A DNA stretch of 45,926 nt, from IMG/VR virus record IMGVR_UViG_3300029483_000015, one strand, 5' to 3'. Below the pieces are notes generated by a model that was not told the DNA's origin, ran no database searches, and worked only from the letters and a program-made list of their open reading frames with translations. This DNA is from a virus. Positions within the stretch are counted from its first letter, which is position 1. Each line of letters begins with the position of its first letter. Shown piece after piece: positions 34,305 through 42,029 of this stretch. Both the position numbers and the translations under genes were made by a program.

Positions 34305-35502
34305 TCCACGGTCCGGCGTAGTCGTGCCGACGACCCAAGAGGTCCGCGACGATATCGCGTCTGGCCTGCAGGAGGCTTTCAAGACCAAAGACGGCGATCC
34401 CCCGCTGAACGTCGATCCGTCCTCCCCGATGGGGCAGGTCGCGGACATCATCACGACCGAGGCGGCGGCGAAGAACTCCGAAGTGGCCTTTCTGGCGAAC
34501 CAATTGAACCCGCGCACGGCAACGGGCATCTGGCTCGACGCGCTCGCGGCGCTCTACGGCCTCACGCGGCACGTCTCCGAGCCGACCGTCGTCGTCTGCA
34601 CCTGCACGGGCCTCCGGGGGACGGTGATCCCATACGGGGCGATCGTGCAGGATACTCAGGGCCATCAGCTCCGGCACAGCGTTGGCGGTGGCGTGACGAT
34701 CCCGGACTCCGGCTCCGTCGAGACGACCTTTTCGGCCGTCGAGCACGGAGCTATCGAGATCGGACCGGGCACGGTGACGCAGATCGTAACCGTGATAGCG
34801 GGCTGGGATAGCGTGACGAACGCCGCCGCGGGCGTCACGGGCCGCGTCGCAGAGCCGGACGGCGAGCTGCTGAATCGCATGATCGAGAGCTATGCAGTCA
34901 ACGCCAACGGGACCGTAGCGAACGTCCAGGCGAACCTCTCTGAGCTCGACGGCGTCCTCGACTGCGTGGTCCTCGAAAACTACACGAACCAGCCGCAACA
35001 GCAGTACGGCATCACCTTGACGGCGCACAGCATCGCGGTATGCATCGTGGGCGGCGACGACGAGGCCATCGCCGAGACGATCTTCCAGCGCAAGAGCGCC
35101 GGATGCGGGACGGTCGGAACGACGCAGGTGAACTACGTGGACACGGAGCACTTCAACGCCTCATACACGTACAACATCGTGAGGCCGACGGCGGTTGCTC
35201 TCAAGATCCAGGTGACTTTCTTCGCCGATAGTATGGACGCTGAGACTCAGTCGAAGGTCAAGAAAGCGCTCATCTCGGACTTCCTCGGCGAGCTCTCGAA
35301 TCCGCGCGTGAAGCTGGCGACTACGGTCTACGCGAGCCGCTTCTATCGATGCATCCAGAGCGTCACGGACAGCCCGATCAATCAAATACTCCTCGGACTC
35401 AATAACAGGGGGCTGGCGACGTCCATCGATGTGCCCGCGGACGAAAGTCCTACGCTCAGCGAGGAGACCATTTCGCTAGTCTTCGGAGGCCGACATGGCT
35501 GA
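34285..35502 (+). CDS. Baseplate J-like protein
   Basis: 405 aa. Size, position and the region TGIWLDALAALYGLTR fit the baseplate J family. Confidence 0.65.
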   Translation: MAELKFDPRSGVVVPTTQEVRDDIASGLQEAFKTKDGDPPLNVDPSSPMGQVADIITTEAAAKNSEVAFLANQLNPRTATGIWLDALAALYGLTRHVSEPTVVVCTCTGLRGTVIPYGAIVQDTQGHQLRHSVGGGVTIPDSGSVETTFSAVEHGAIEIGPGTVTQIVTVIAGWDSVTNAAAGVTGRVAEPDGELLNRMIESYAVNANGTVANVQANLSELDGVLDCVVLENYTNQPQQQYGITLTAHSIAVCIVGGDDEAIAETIFQRKSAGCGTVGTTQVNYVDTEHFNASYTYNIVRPTAVALKIQVTFFADSMDAETQSKVKKALISDFLGELSNPRVKLATTVYASRFYRCIQSVTDSPINQILLGLNNRGLATSIDVPADESPTLSEETISLVFGGRHG

Positions 35503-36127
35503 TACTCAGACTTGGCAAGACATCCTCGACGTCGATGACGTGCGCGACGAGGCCGACTTCGCGGACATGACGACGGACGCCATTCAGTCTCAGTACGCGC
35601 ACGCGAAGCGCATCCGTGGCGTCGCGGAGAAGGTTCGGCAGGAGATCGACGCAACACAAGATATGGTGGATTTGCACGGCATGGTCGCGGACATGCAGAC
35701 CGCGCAGGGCGTCTATCTTGATTGGTGGGGTCAGCGCGTCGGCGTGGACCGGCTTCTGAAAGTCAAGGGCGAGTGGTGCCGCTTCGATGATGATTACTAC
35801 CGCTTTCTGCTCCTCTATCGAGCGCGATGCAACCTCGCCAACGCAACGGTCTCGACGATGAACAACATGCTGTCGCAACTGACAGATACTCGGGTATTCG
35901 TAGTCGACTATCAGAACATGTCGATTCAAAGCATCGTCGTTATCGGCACCATCAGCGATCTCCAAGCGCAGATCCTTCAAACCTACGGACTGCTGAACCG
36001 GCCCGCTGGCGTGCTGACGAACTTTCTTATCATTTACCCGGACGAGAAGATCTTCGGCTTCGCCGGGCAGGATCTGCAACCCTTTGACTTTGGGGTATTT
36101 AACCCCGGGCGAACGATTGAAACGTGA
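35495..36127 (+). CDS. Baseplate / fibre-attachment protein (DUF2612-like)
   Basis: 210 aa following the J-like gene. Confidence 0.5.
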   Translation: MADTQTWQDILDVDDVRDEADFADMTTDAIQSQYAHAKRIRGVAEKVRQEIDATQDMVDLHGMVADMQTAQGVYLDWWGQRVGVDRLLKVKGEWCRFDDDYYRFLLLYRARCNLANATVSTMNNMLSQLTDTRVFVVDYQNMSIQSIVVIGTISDLQAQILQTYGLLNRPAGVLTNFLIIYPDEKIFGFAGQDLQPFDFGVFNPGRTIET

Positions 36128-36155
36128 TTCACTCAGCGCGAAGCCACGTAGCGAG

Positions 36156-36199
36156 AAAAAAGCAAACCCCGCAAGGTTCGCGGCCTTAGCGGGGTTTTT
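36156..36199 (+). terminator. Conserved terminator, family copy 1 (near-identical to 39437-39481)
   Basis: AAAAAAGCAAACCCCGC-AAGGTTCGCGGCCTTA-GCGGGGTTTTT. Confidence 0.65.
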
Positions 36200-36226
36200 C
36201 TTGACCACCTTCTGGACAGGTGCTCA

Positions 36227-36367
36227 ATGGAACCAATTTTAGAGCTAGTGAGGGCCCCCTATATGGCTCAAGAACTACCTTTCTCGATATACGTTATCGC
36301 TTATGCGGTGGCGATCTTGGTAACCGCAAAGGCGGTTAGGGCTATCAAAGAGCTTTGGAAAAAGTAA
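36227..36367 (+). CDS. Mini-ORF a: 46-aa single-TM peptide
   Basis: Hand translation: MEPILELVRAPYMAQELPFSIYVIAYAVAILVTAKAVRAIKELWKK. Followed by hairpin AACCCCAC..GCGGGGTT (36366-36400). Confidence 0.35.
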   Translation: MEPILELVRAPYMAQELPFSIYVIAYAVAILVTAKAVRAIKELWKK

Positions 36368-36424
36368 ACCCCACAGGTGTAGCGGCCTGCGGGGTTGTTT
36401 GTACCTCAACTCACCTGAGGACAT

Positions 36425-36589
36425 ATGGATATTTTACCTTCATTTGACTTGGTGAGACTTATGACGACGCCTGATCTTCCGCTCTACGGTCAGCTTTTCG
36501 CCTATGGCATCGGGCTTGCCGGAATCGGTATCGGCCTCAAACAAATAGTCGGAGCTATCTCGCAGATTCTTGAGTGGTTTCGGAAATAG
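36425..36589 (+). CDS. Mini-ORF b: 54-aa single-TM peptide
   Basis: Hand translation: MDILPSFDLVRLMTTPDLPLYGQLFAYGIGLAGIGIGLKQIVGAISQILEWFRK. The stop abuts the terminator. Confidence 0.35.
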   Translation: MDILPSFDLVRLMTTPDLPLYGQLFAYGIGLAGIGIGLKQIVGAISQILEWFRK

Positions 36590-36626
36590 CAAACCCCGCA
36601 GGGAGTGACGGTCTTGCGGGGTTTTT
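36589..36626 (+). terminator. Conserved terminator, family copy 3
   Basis: GCAAACCCCGCA-N13-TGCGGGGTTTTT. Confidence 0.6.
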
Positions 36627-36650
36627 CGTATCTGATGAAGAGGATCAGAC

Positions 36651-36806
36651 ATGAAGATTTTACTGGAGATCAATCGGGAGGTGCGGATGTTGCTGAGCGA
36701 AAAGAATCTGCCGGCTCATGGCAAGGCGGCCGCTTGGGTGCTTGTCGCTTTGGTCGCGGCTGTAGCCTTTGCCATTGTGTGCTTTGGAATTAGCTTGCTG
36801 AAATAG
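36651..36806 (+). CDS. Mini-ORF c: 51-aa single-TM peptide
   Basis: Hand translation: MKILLEINREVRMLLSEKNLPAHGKAAAWVLVALVAAVAFAIVCFGISLLK. GAAGAGGA RBS. Confidence 0.4.
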   Translation: MKILLEINREVRMLLSEKNLPAHGKAAAWVLVALVAAVAFAIVCFGISLLK

Positions 36807-36843
36807 CAAACCCCGCTGACGTGCAGGCCAAGCGGGGCTTTTA
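36806..36843 (+). terminator. Conserved terminator, family copy 4
   Basis: GCAAACCCCGC-N15-GCGGGGCTTTT. Confidence 0.55.
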
Positions 36844-36899
36844 TTGATCACCTTCACTGCGGGCGATCCATAGAAACAATTTTACTTCAGGTAATTGGC

Positions 36900-36986
36900 G
36901 TGCTGATTTTGTGCGGCATTGCCGGTTTTACGGCTTTGACTGCTGGTCTTGCCGTTCTCGTTTGGAAGAGAGTGTTCAAAGAATGA
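36900..36986 (+). CDS. Mini-ORF d: ~28-aa hydrophobic peptide (very tentative)
   Basis: GTG start. Hand translation: LILCGIAGFTALTAGLAVLVWKRVFKE. The stop overlaps the fibre gene ATG (ATGA). Confidence 0.2.
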   Translation: MLILCGIAGFTALTAGLAVLVWKRVFKE

Positions 36987-38047
36987 GCAAATATCCACCT
37001 CATCTTTTGTCGTGCCCAATTGCCCAAAACGGCGACAAGGCCGCAGTCCCTGTGACGGCTCAGGAAGCCGGTGCGGGGCGACTCAGTCAAGAAGAAGGCT
37101 GGGGGGCATGGAACTCCCGCCCTATCGGTGAGGGCGGCATCCCGCCGAAACGCGAAGACTTTAACTCCGTACTGAATTTGCTTTCGTCCTTTTTGGTTTA
37201 CTACCAGCAAGGCGGGGTCATGAAGTACTCCGCCTCACTTGACTATGAGCCGGGCAATGAAATCTTCTCCGCCACGGGTACGAAGTGCCGGTGCCTCGTA
37301 GCGAACGGCCCCAACACCGCAAAGGGTGTAGTCGCTCCCGGATCGGATAAGACTGTATGGAAGAACCTTGATGCGCCATCCGTTATCGCCGGTCAGATCA
37401 CGCCTTTCTACAACTGTCGGCTCGGCGGCTCTGACGGTCGCCGCCTGATCCCGTGGGGCGAGAGCGTCGCCGACGAGCGGTACGTACTTTGCGACGGCGG
37501 CACAGACGGCTTGGGCGGGAACGTCCCGAACCTGATGGATAAGTTCCTCCTGCCGAGCACGGTCGCGCAGGCGGGACAGACGGGAGGTAGCCTCAACCTC
37601 TCGATCCCGGGCGTGACCGTCAACGGCACGGTCGGGGAGACGGTGCTTACGGTCGAGCAGATGCCCGCGCACACGCACACAGGCAGTTCATCGACTGCGG
37701 GCGCGCATACGCACACTCGCGGCACGATGGAGATTACAGGCGCGATCCCCGTGGACGATCACAAGATCCGCTATGTCGAGGGGGCCTTTTATCAAAACGG
37801 GAACTATTCCAACTGCGACAACCGCGACTCAGAAAACGACTCTCCTCGCGCGTCCTTTGCGGCTTCGAGAACGTGGTCCGGGGAAACGTCGTCTGGCGGC
37901 TCGCACTCGCACACGATGAATCTAAACTCGACCGGTGGCGGGCAGGGGCATACGCACACAATCACGAGCTCATCCGAAGCGCAGACGCTCACGCTAGACC
38001 GTCCGCCTTTCTATCGTCTCGCTTATTTTGTCAAACTGCCGGAGTAG
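36983..38047 (+). CDS. Tail fibre protein with a collar domain and four HxH motifs
   Basis: 354 aa from the ATG at 36983. Collar-like LIPWGESVADERYVLCDGGTDGLGGNVPNLMDKFLLPS. HTHTGSS, AHTHTRG, SHSHTMN and GHTHTIT repeats. Confidence 0.7.
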   Translation: MSKYPPHLLSCPIAQNGDKAAVPVTAQEAGAGRLSQEEGWGAWNSRPIGEGGIPPKREDFNSVLNLLSSFLVYYQQGGVMKYSASLDYEPGNEIFSATGTKCRCLVANGPNTAKGVVAPGSDKTVWKNLDAPSVIAGQITPFYNCRLGGSDGRRLIPWGESVADERYVLCDGGTDGLGGNVPNLMDKFLLPSTVAQAGQTGGSLNLSIPGVTVNGTVGETVLTVEQMPAHTHTGSSSTAGAHTHTRGTMEITGAIPVDDHKIRYVEGAFYQNGNYSNCDNRDSENDSPRASFAASRTWSGETSSGGSHSHTMNLNSTGGGQGHTHTITSSSEAQTLTLDRPPFYRLAYFVKLPE

Positions 38048-38053
38048 TAAGGC

Positions 38054-39337
38054 ATGGCATCAAAAGAATTTCATTTCCATTACGTCAAAACGCCGACCGG
38101 AGCAATAAGTGGGCAGTCTGTCCTTACGCAGACAGAGGACGCGATCAATGACCTCGGCGACTATATGTTCGAGGCTACGGGCGACGCGACCGAGGCGTTG
38201 AATAAGGCTACTGAAGCGCTCAACACGGCGAATACGGCTCAGCAAAATGCGGCCGAGGCGCTCTCTACTGCGAATTCTGCGATTGGTAAGGTCAACACCT
38301 TAACCGCGACCGTCAATTCGTTTGATGGTCGCATCAAAAAGGCTGAGAGCAACGCGGCTAATGCCGTCACTGCGGCGACTGAGGCATCTAATAATGCCTC
38401 TCAGGCAGTCACAACGGCCAATTCTGCGCTTAATACGGCTCAGCAGGCCGTCACGACGGCCAATGCCGCGAAGACGATGGCTCAGAATGCAAGCACTGCG
38501 GCTACTCAGGCCGTGGGCACGGCCGGCGCGGCGAATGCGACGGCGGAAGAGGCGAAGAAGATTGCTCGGCAGGCCGTGACCGACACGGACGGCATCCGCG
38601 AAGAAATCAATCAGAACATGGCCGTGATGACCCAAAAGGTAACCGAGGCCACGACGCAAGCGCAGAACTCCGCGTCCTCCGCCGCCCAATCACAGGCCAA
38701 TAGTGACCTTTCTAAGCGGTGGGCGACATGGACGACGGGCGTAGAGACCGAAGGCGGCACGGACTACACCGTCGCCGATGACGGCTATTCGTCCAAGTGG
38801 AATGCTCAGCTCGCTCAGGCATGGGCGGTGAAGACTGACGGCAAGGTGACGGAAAACAACCTGCCCGATGGAGCTGAGATCGACTACTCGGCAAAGTACT
38901 ACGCTCAGCAGTCGCAGGCTAGCGCAACAGCGGCGGACGCCTCTGAAGCCTCTGCGCTCTCTTCGAAGACCGCGGCGGCATCGAGTGCGGCGGCGGCCAA
39001 GACGTCTGAGACAAATGCCGCCAATTCTGCATCTGCGGCTAATACTTCAAAGATAGCGGCGGCAGGCAGTGCTACTACTGCAAGCACGAAGGCAACGGAG
39101 TCGTCTGCTTCTGCGCAAAAAGCGAAGGACTGGGCTTCAAAAGAGGGCGGCCCGGTTGAAGGCGAAGGCGCTACAGCAGAGTATTCTGCGAAGTATTACG
39201 CGCAACAAGCGAATCAGAGCAATAGCGTGAAGTACGTTGCTCAGACGCTTACGACTGAAGAGCAGTTGCAGGCTCGAACGAACATCGGAATGACGACACT
39301 AAGTAATTCCGAAATCGATGCCTTGTTTAGCGCCTAA
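38054..39337 (+). CDS. Tail fibre protein (Ala-rich coiled repeats)
   Basis: 427 aa with repeated (T/N)AxxxAxxAxxTANSA-type heptad-like units. Ends ..LSNSEIDALFSA. Confidence 0.7.
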   Translation: MASKEFHFHYVKTPTGAISGQSVLTQTEDAINDLGDYMFEATGDATEALNKATEALNTANTAQQNAAEALSTANSAIGKVNTLTATVNSFDGRIKKAESNAANAVTAATEASNNASQAVTTANSALNTAQQAVTTANAAKTMAQNASTAATQAVGTAGAANATAEEAKKIARQAVTDTDGIREEINQNMAVMTQKVTEATTQAQNSASSAAQSQANSDLSKRWATWTTGVETEGGTDYTVADDGYSSKWNAQLAQAWAVKTDGKVTENNLPDGAEIDYSAKYYAQQSQASATAADASEASALSSKTAAASSAAAAKTSETNAANSASAANTSKIAAAGSATTASTKATESSASAQKAKDWASKEGGPVEGEGATAEYSAKYYAQQANQSNSVKYVAQTLTTEEQLQARTNIGMTTLSNSEIDALFSA

Positions 39338-39338
39338 G

Positions 39339-39419
39339 TTGAAGCTCCCCCGTTTAAAAACGGAGGATTCACCATGACACTCTCAAGGTTGTTTTCAGGG
39401 GGCAAAGCCGCCTGAGCGT
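39339..39419 (+). repeat. 80-bp repeat element, copy 1
   Basis: TTGAAGCTCCCCCGTTTAAAAACGGAGGATTCACCATGACACTCTCAAGG..TTTTCAGGGGGCAAAGCCGCCTGAGCGT. Near-identical to 42843-42922. Confidence 0.7.
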
Positions 39420-39436
39420 CACCCAATCAATTGCAC

Positions 39437-39481
39437 AAAAAAGCAAACCCCGCAAGGTTCACGGCCTTAGCGGGGTTTTTT
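39437..39481 (+). terminator. Conserved terminator, family copy 5
   Basis: AAAAAAGCAAACCCCGCAAGGTTCACGGCCTTAGCGGGGTTTTTT. Differs from 36156-36199 by about one base. Confidence 0.65.
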
Positions 39482-39495
39482 CAAGAGGAAAAGAC

Positions 39496-40098
39496 ATGGC
39501 TGGATATTTGGATGCGTCGGGTCTCAAACATTTCAAGAGGAAAAACGACGCTACATATCTTGGCAAGCAGGAGAAGGCGGCTTCGGCGAAGGTCGCAGAC
39601 TCAGTCGTTTGGGAGAACGTTTCCGGGAGGCCGGATCTATCTGCATTAATTCCGCCCGGCACGATCATCCACTACGCCGGGCGCACGGTCCCGAGCGGCT
39701 GGCTCATCTGCAACGGCGCGAATGTGAGCCGAACCGACTACGCGGCCCTTTTCGCGGCTATCGGTACGATCTACGGTGCCGGCAACGGGTCGACAACCTT
39801 TGGCCTGCCGAATTTGAACGGTCGCTTCTTCGAAGGCACAACGTACACTGGTTCTGTCGGCACTTACTACTCAGCTGGGTTACCGAATATAAGTGGAGAA
39901 TATCAGGGTGGGGACGGTCTTAACTTGTATTCTTCCGGCGCCTTTGGATTCGTAAAAGAATCCGGTTCTCAAATAACCGGTGGCAGTTATAAGTTAGATA
40001 TTGGTGATTTCAAAGCTTCTAGAAGCTCATCTGTATTCGGCTCGTCTAGTGGAGTTCAACCCCCGTCTATGGCGCTCCTTCCATGTATCAAATTTTGA
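39496..40098 (+). CDS. Tail-collar fibre protein, the expressed locus of the shufflon (constant part plus cassette A)
   Basis: 200 aa. Collar domain PPGTIIHYAGRTVPSGWLICNGANVSRTDYAALFAAIGTIYGAGNGSTTFGLPNLNGRFFEG. Crossover motif at 39883-39896. C-terminus VQPPSMALLPCIKF. Confidence 0.8.
   Translation: MAGYLDASGLKHFKRKNDATYLGKQEKAASAKVADSVVWENVSGRPDLSALIPPGTIIHYAGRTVPSGWLICNGANVSRTDYAALFAAIGTIYGAGNGSTTFGLPNLNGRFFEGTTYTGSVGTYYSAGLPNISGEYQGGDGLNLYSSGAFGFVKESGSQITGGSYKLDIGDFKASRSSSVFGSSSGVQPPSMALLPCIKF
39883..39896 (+). repeat. Shufflon crossover site 1 (in the expressed gene)
   Basis: CCGAATATAAGTGG, encoding P-N-I-S-G. Confidence 0.6.
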
Positions 40099-40303
40099 TA
40101 CACACAAGTAACGCCATGCTTGGCGGCTGAACCGACGAAGAAGAACCGTAAATCGAAGATGATTTAGCCGCATTTATGTACATGTTGGTGCCGTTGTCCG
40201 CTCCGCCCCCAGGCCCCCTTGTAGTTTCGCTTTTGTACAAAGCTCCGGCTTCAGCAAGGCCTCCCCACGCGTAAGCCATATTGATGTTACCTGTGATATT
40301 CGG
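40088..40303 (-). other. Silent fibre-tip cassette B (71 codons, no start context)
   Basis: Minus strand reads PNITGNINMAYAWGGLAEAG...SSIYGSSSSVQPPSMALLVCIKI-stop. A stop lies 5 codons upstream of the site. Confidence 0.7.
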
Positions 40304-40322
40304 GCAGACCGAATATCACAGG
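40290..40322. repeat. Shufflon crossover sites 2 (-) and 3 (+): perfect 14-bp inverted repeat with a 5-bp spacer
   Basis: CCTGTGATATTCGG-GCAGA-CCGAATATCACAGG. Confidence 0.65.
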
Positions 40323-40560
40323 ATCATTCAATGCACGTCAATATTCAGGGCCGGAACGTTACGGACCTCTTTTAGACTGTGTTGGATTTATGTATGAATC
40401 CTCGAATGATCAAAGTTCAGGCGCCGCTATAACGTGTACTACAACCTATGGCGGCCAGCGCTATTACAAAATGTCGGCCTCAAGATCTTCGTCTACTTTT
40501 GGCTCTTCTTCAGGCGTTCAACCACCAAGCATTGCCCTGATACCTTGTATCAAAATTTGA
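40309..40560 (+). other. Silent fibre-tip cassette C (83 codons)
   Basis: Reads PNITGSFNARQYSGPERYGPLLDCVGFMYESSNDQSSGAAITCTTTYGGQRYYKMSASRSSSTFGSSSGVQPPSIALIPCIKI-stop. A stop lies 4 codons upstream. Confidence 0.7.
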
Positions 40561-40780
40561 TACAGGGGAGTAGCGCCATCGATGGAGGTTGAACGGTTGT
40601 ACTGTTGCCGAAGATTTCGTTAGCACCAGAAGCGTCTAATTCCAAACGGAAATTTGAACCATTGCTATTACCACCATAAGCTTTATCACCTACATTAACG
40701 GGCTTGAGCGCCCCATTTTGTTTATAAAGTAAGCCGTTCCAAGGCGTAGGTAATTTATTGATTTGACCCGTTATATTCGG
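40550..40780 (-). other. Silent fibre-tip cassette D (76 codons)
   Basis: Minus strand reads PNITGQINKLPTPWNGLLYKQNGALKPVNVGDKAYGGNSNGSNFRLELDASGANEIFGNSTTVQPPSMALLPCIKF-stop. TGA TGA lie immediately upstream of the site. Confidence 0.7.
40767..40780 (-). repeat. Shufflon crossover site 4
   Basis: Plus strand reads CCCGTTATATTCGG, which is CCGAATATAACGGG on the minus strand. Confidence 0.6.
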
Positions 40781-40865
40781 TCATCAAAAGCACGTTTCTA
40801 GACCTGCGTTTTATAGCTGTAGAACATAGGGCTAGGCACATGCTTCTCGATCGATTAGATCGGCT

Positions 40866-42029
40866 CTAGTGCTTTGCAGGATCAAGGATCTCGTCGACTA
40901 GACAGGCTTTTCGGGCACAGTCCTCGATGAAAGCGCTCCAACGCGTCATTACAGGCGTCCTTGCGGCCAAGTAGTCACTGCGCTGATATGCGCGCGATAC
41001 GGCTGTTCCTGAGACGTGCGAAAGGCACGCTTCTGCGACCTCAAAGGGCGTTTCGTGGTCAGCGAGCCATGAACGCGCGATTGAGCGCAGACCGTGCGCT
41101 ACAAGCTTTCCGGAAAGGTCTGTTGAGTGCAGATGCTTCGCTAGAGCTTGCGCGCTGACGTGCTTACCAGTCTGCTTGGCTGCAAAGATGAAATCTGAGC
41201 GCGGGTGCGGAGAGAGCCTCTGTTCTGCGTTAATGAGCGTTTGCATGAAAGCCGTGATCGGCACGCGATGAGCGCGACCTTTTTTCATCTCGACAGCTGG
41301 GATCGTGAGCACGTCCGCCTCGATCCACGACTTGCGAAGCTTTGCGTTTTCGCCTGGTCGAAGCATCGAGCAGAGTGAGAAAAGAAAGAGCACGCGCATG
41401 CGTGCGGGAGCGTCCTTCATCGTCTCCATGACGAGCGGGAGTTCGCGCCACGGCGGTGCCGGCATAGGTTTAACGATGGGCGCCGCAAAGACGCGGCTTA
41501 CTCGATCGATAGGGTTGTGCTGGATGTATCCGGCGCAGACAGCTAAATCCATGATCTCTCGCGTTCGCATTAGAACCCGCTTGAGTGTGGCTTGATGGCC
41601 TTCGGCTTCGATGTGCCGGACGGTGGCAATGACAAGAGGAGCGGTGATCTCATCGAGCTGACGGCGACCGAGGGGGGAGATGACATAACGCTCAAGGCGG
41701 CGCTTTTCGTCCATGTAGGAGGTGATTCTGCCGCGCTTGAGATTGCACCACAGGCGGAAGGCGTCTGAAAGGACGTATCCACGGGGCGGCTCCTGCCCCA
41801 ACTCCTTCCGCTTTCTGCGGGCCAGTTGCCGGGCCTGCATCAGAGAGACCTCGGGCCATCGTCCGAGGCTCAGATCAGTAACACTGCCTCCGTAGGAAAT
41901 GCGGAGACACCAACTTTTGACCCCCGAGGGGTGAACCCGAAGGGTGAGGCCGTGGCCATCGGTCACGGTGTATCGCTTTTCACGCGGTCGCAAGGCCGCA
42001 ATTTTTCTTGTAGAGAGGTTTTTCGACAT
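40866..42029 (-). CDS. Second tyrosine recombinase (candidate shufflon invertase)
   Basis: 387 aa from the ATG at 42029. P4-integrase-like N-terminus (LRPREKRYTVTDGHGLTLRVHPSGVKSWCLR). Catalytic motifs LRPGE, VAHGLRSIARSW, CLSHV and RAYQRSDY. Lies 85 bp from cassette D. Confidence 0.85.
   Translation of the reverse strand: MSKNLSTRKIAALRPREKRYTVTDGHGLTLRVHPSGVKSWCLRISYGGSVTDLSLGRWPEVSLMQARQLARRKRKELGQEPPRGYVLSDAFRLWCNLKRGRITSYMDEKRRLERYVISPLGRRQLDEITAPLVIATVRHIEAEGHQATLKRVLMRTREIMDLAVCAGYIQHNPIDRVSRVFAAPIVKPMPAPPWRELPLVMETMKDAPARMRVLFLFSLCSMLRPGENAKLRKSWIEADVLTIPAVEMKKGRAHRVPITAFMQTLINAEQRLSPHPRSDFIFAAKQTGKHVSAQALAKHLHSTDLSGKLVAHGLRSIARSWLADHETPFEVAEACLSHVSGTAVSRAYQRSDYLAARTPVMTRWSAFIEDCARKACLVDEILDPAKH

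Noticed and set aside
36156-36843. A CRISPR-like array, suggested by regularly recurring GC-rich repeats
   Set aside because: The repeats are hairpin terminators with U-tracts, spaced about 200-230 bp apart. The material between them contains ORFs, and no cas genes are present.
39373-39414. A 13-aa ORF with a GGAGG RBS inside the 80-bp repeat (MTLSRLFSGGKAA)
   Set aside because: The second copy has an indel that changes the frame after 7 codons (MTLSRLFQGAMPPER), so the peptide is not conserved.
39883-40780. A diversity-generating retroelement as the source of fibre-tip variation
   Set aside because: No reverse transcriptase gene is present. The cassettes differ wholesale rather than at adenine-templated positions, and inverted crossover sites explain the layout.
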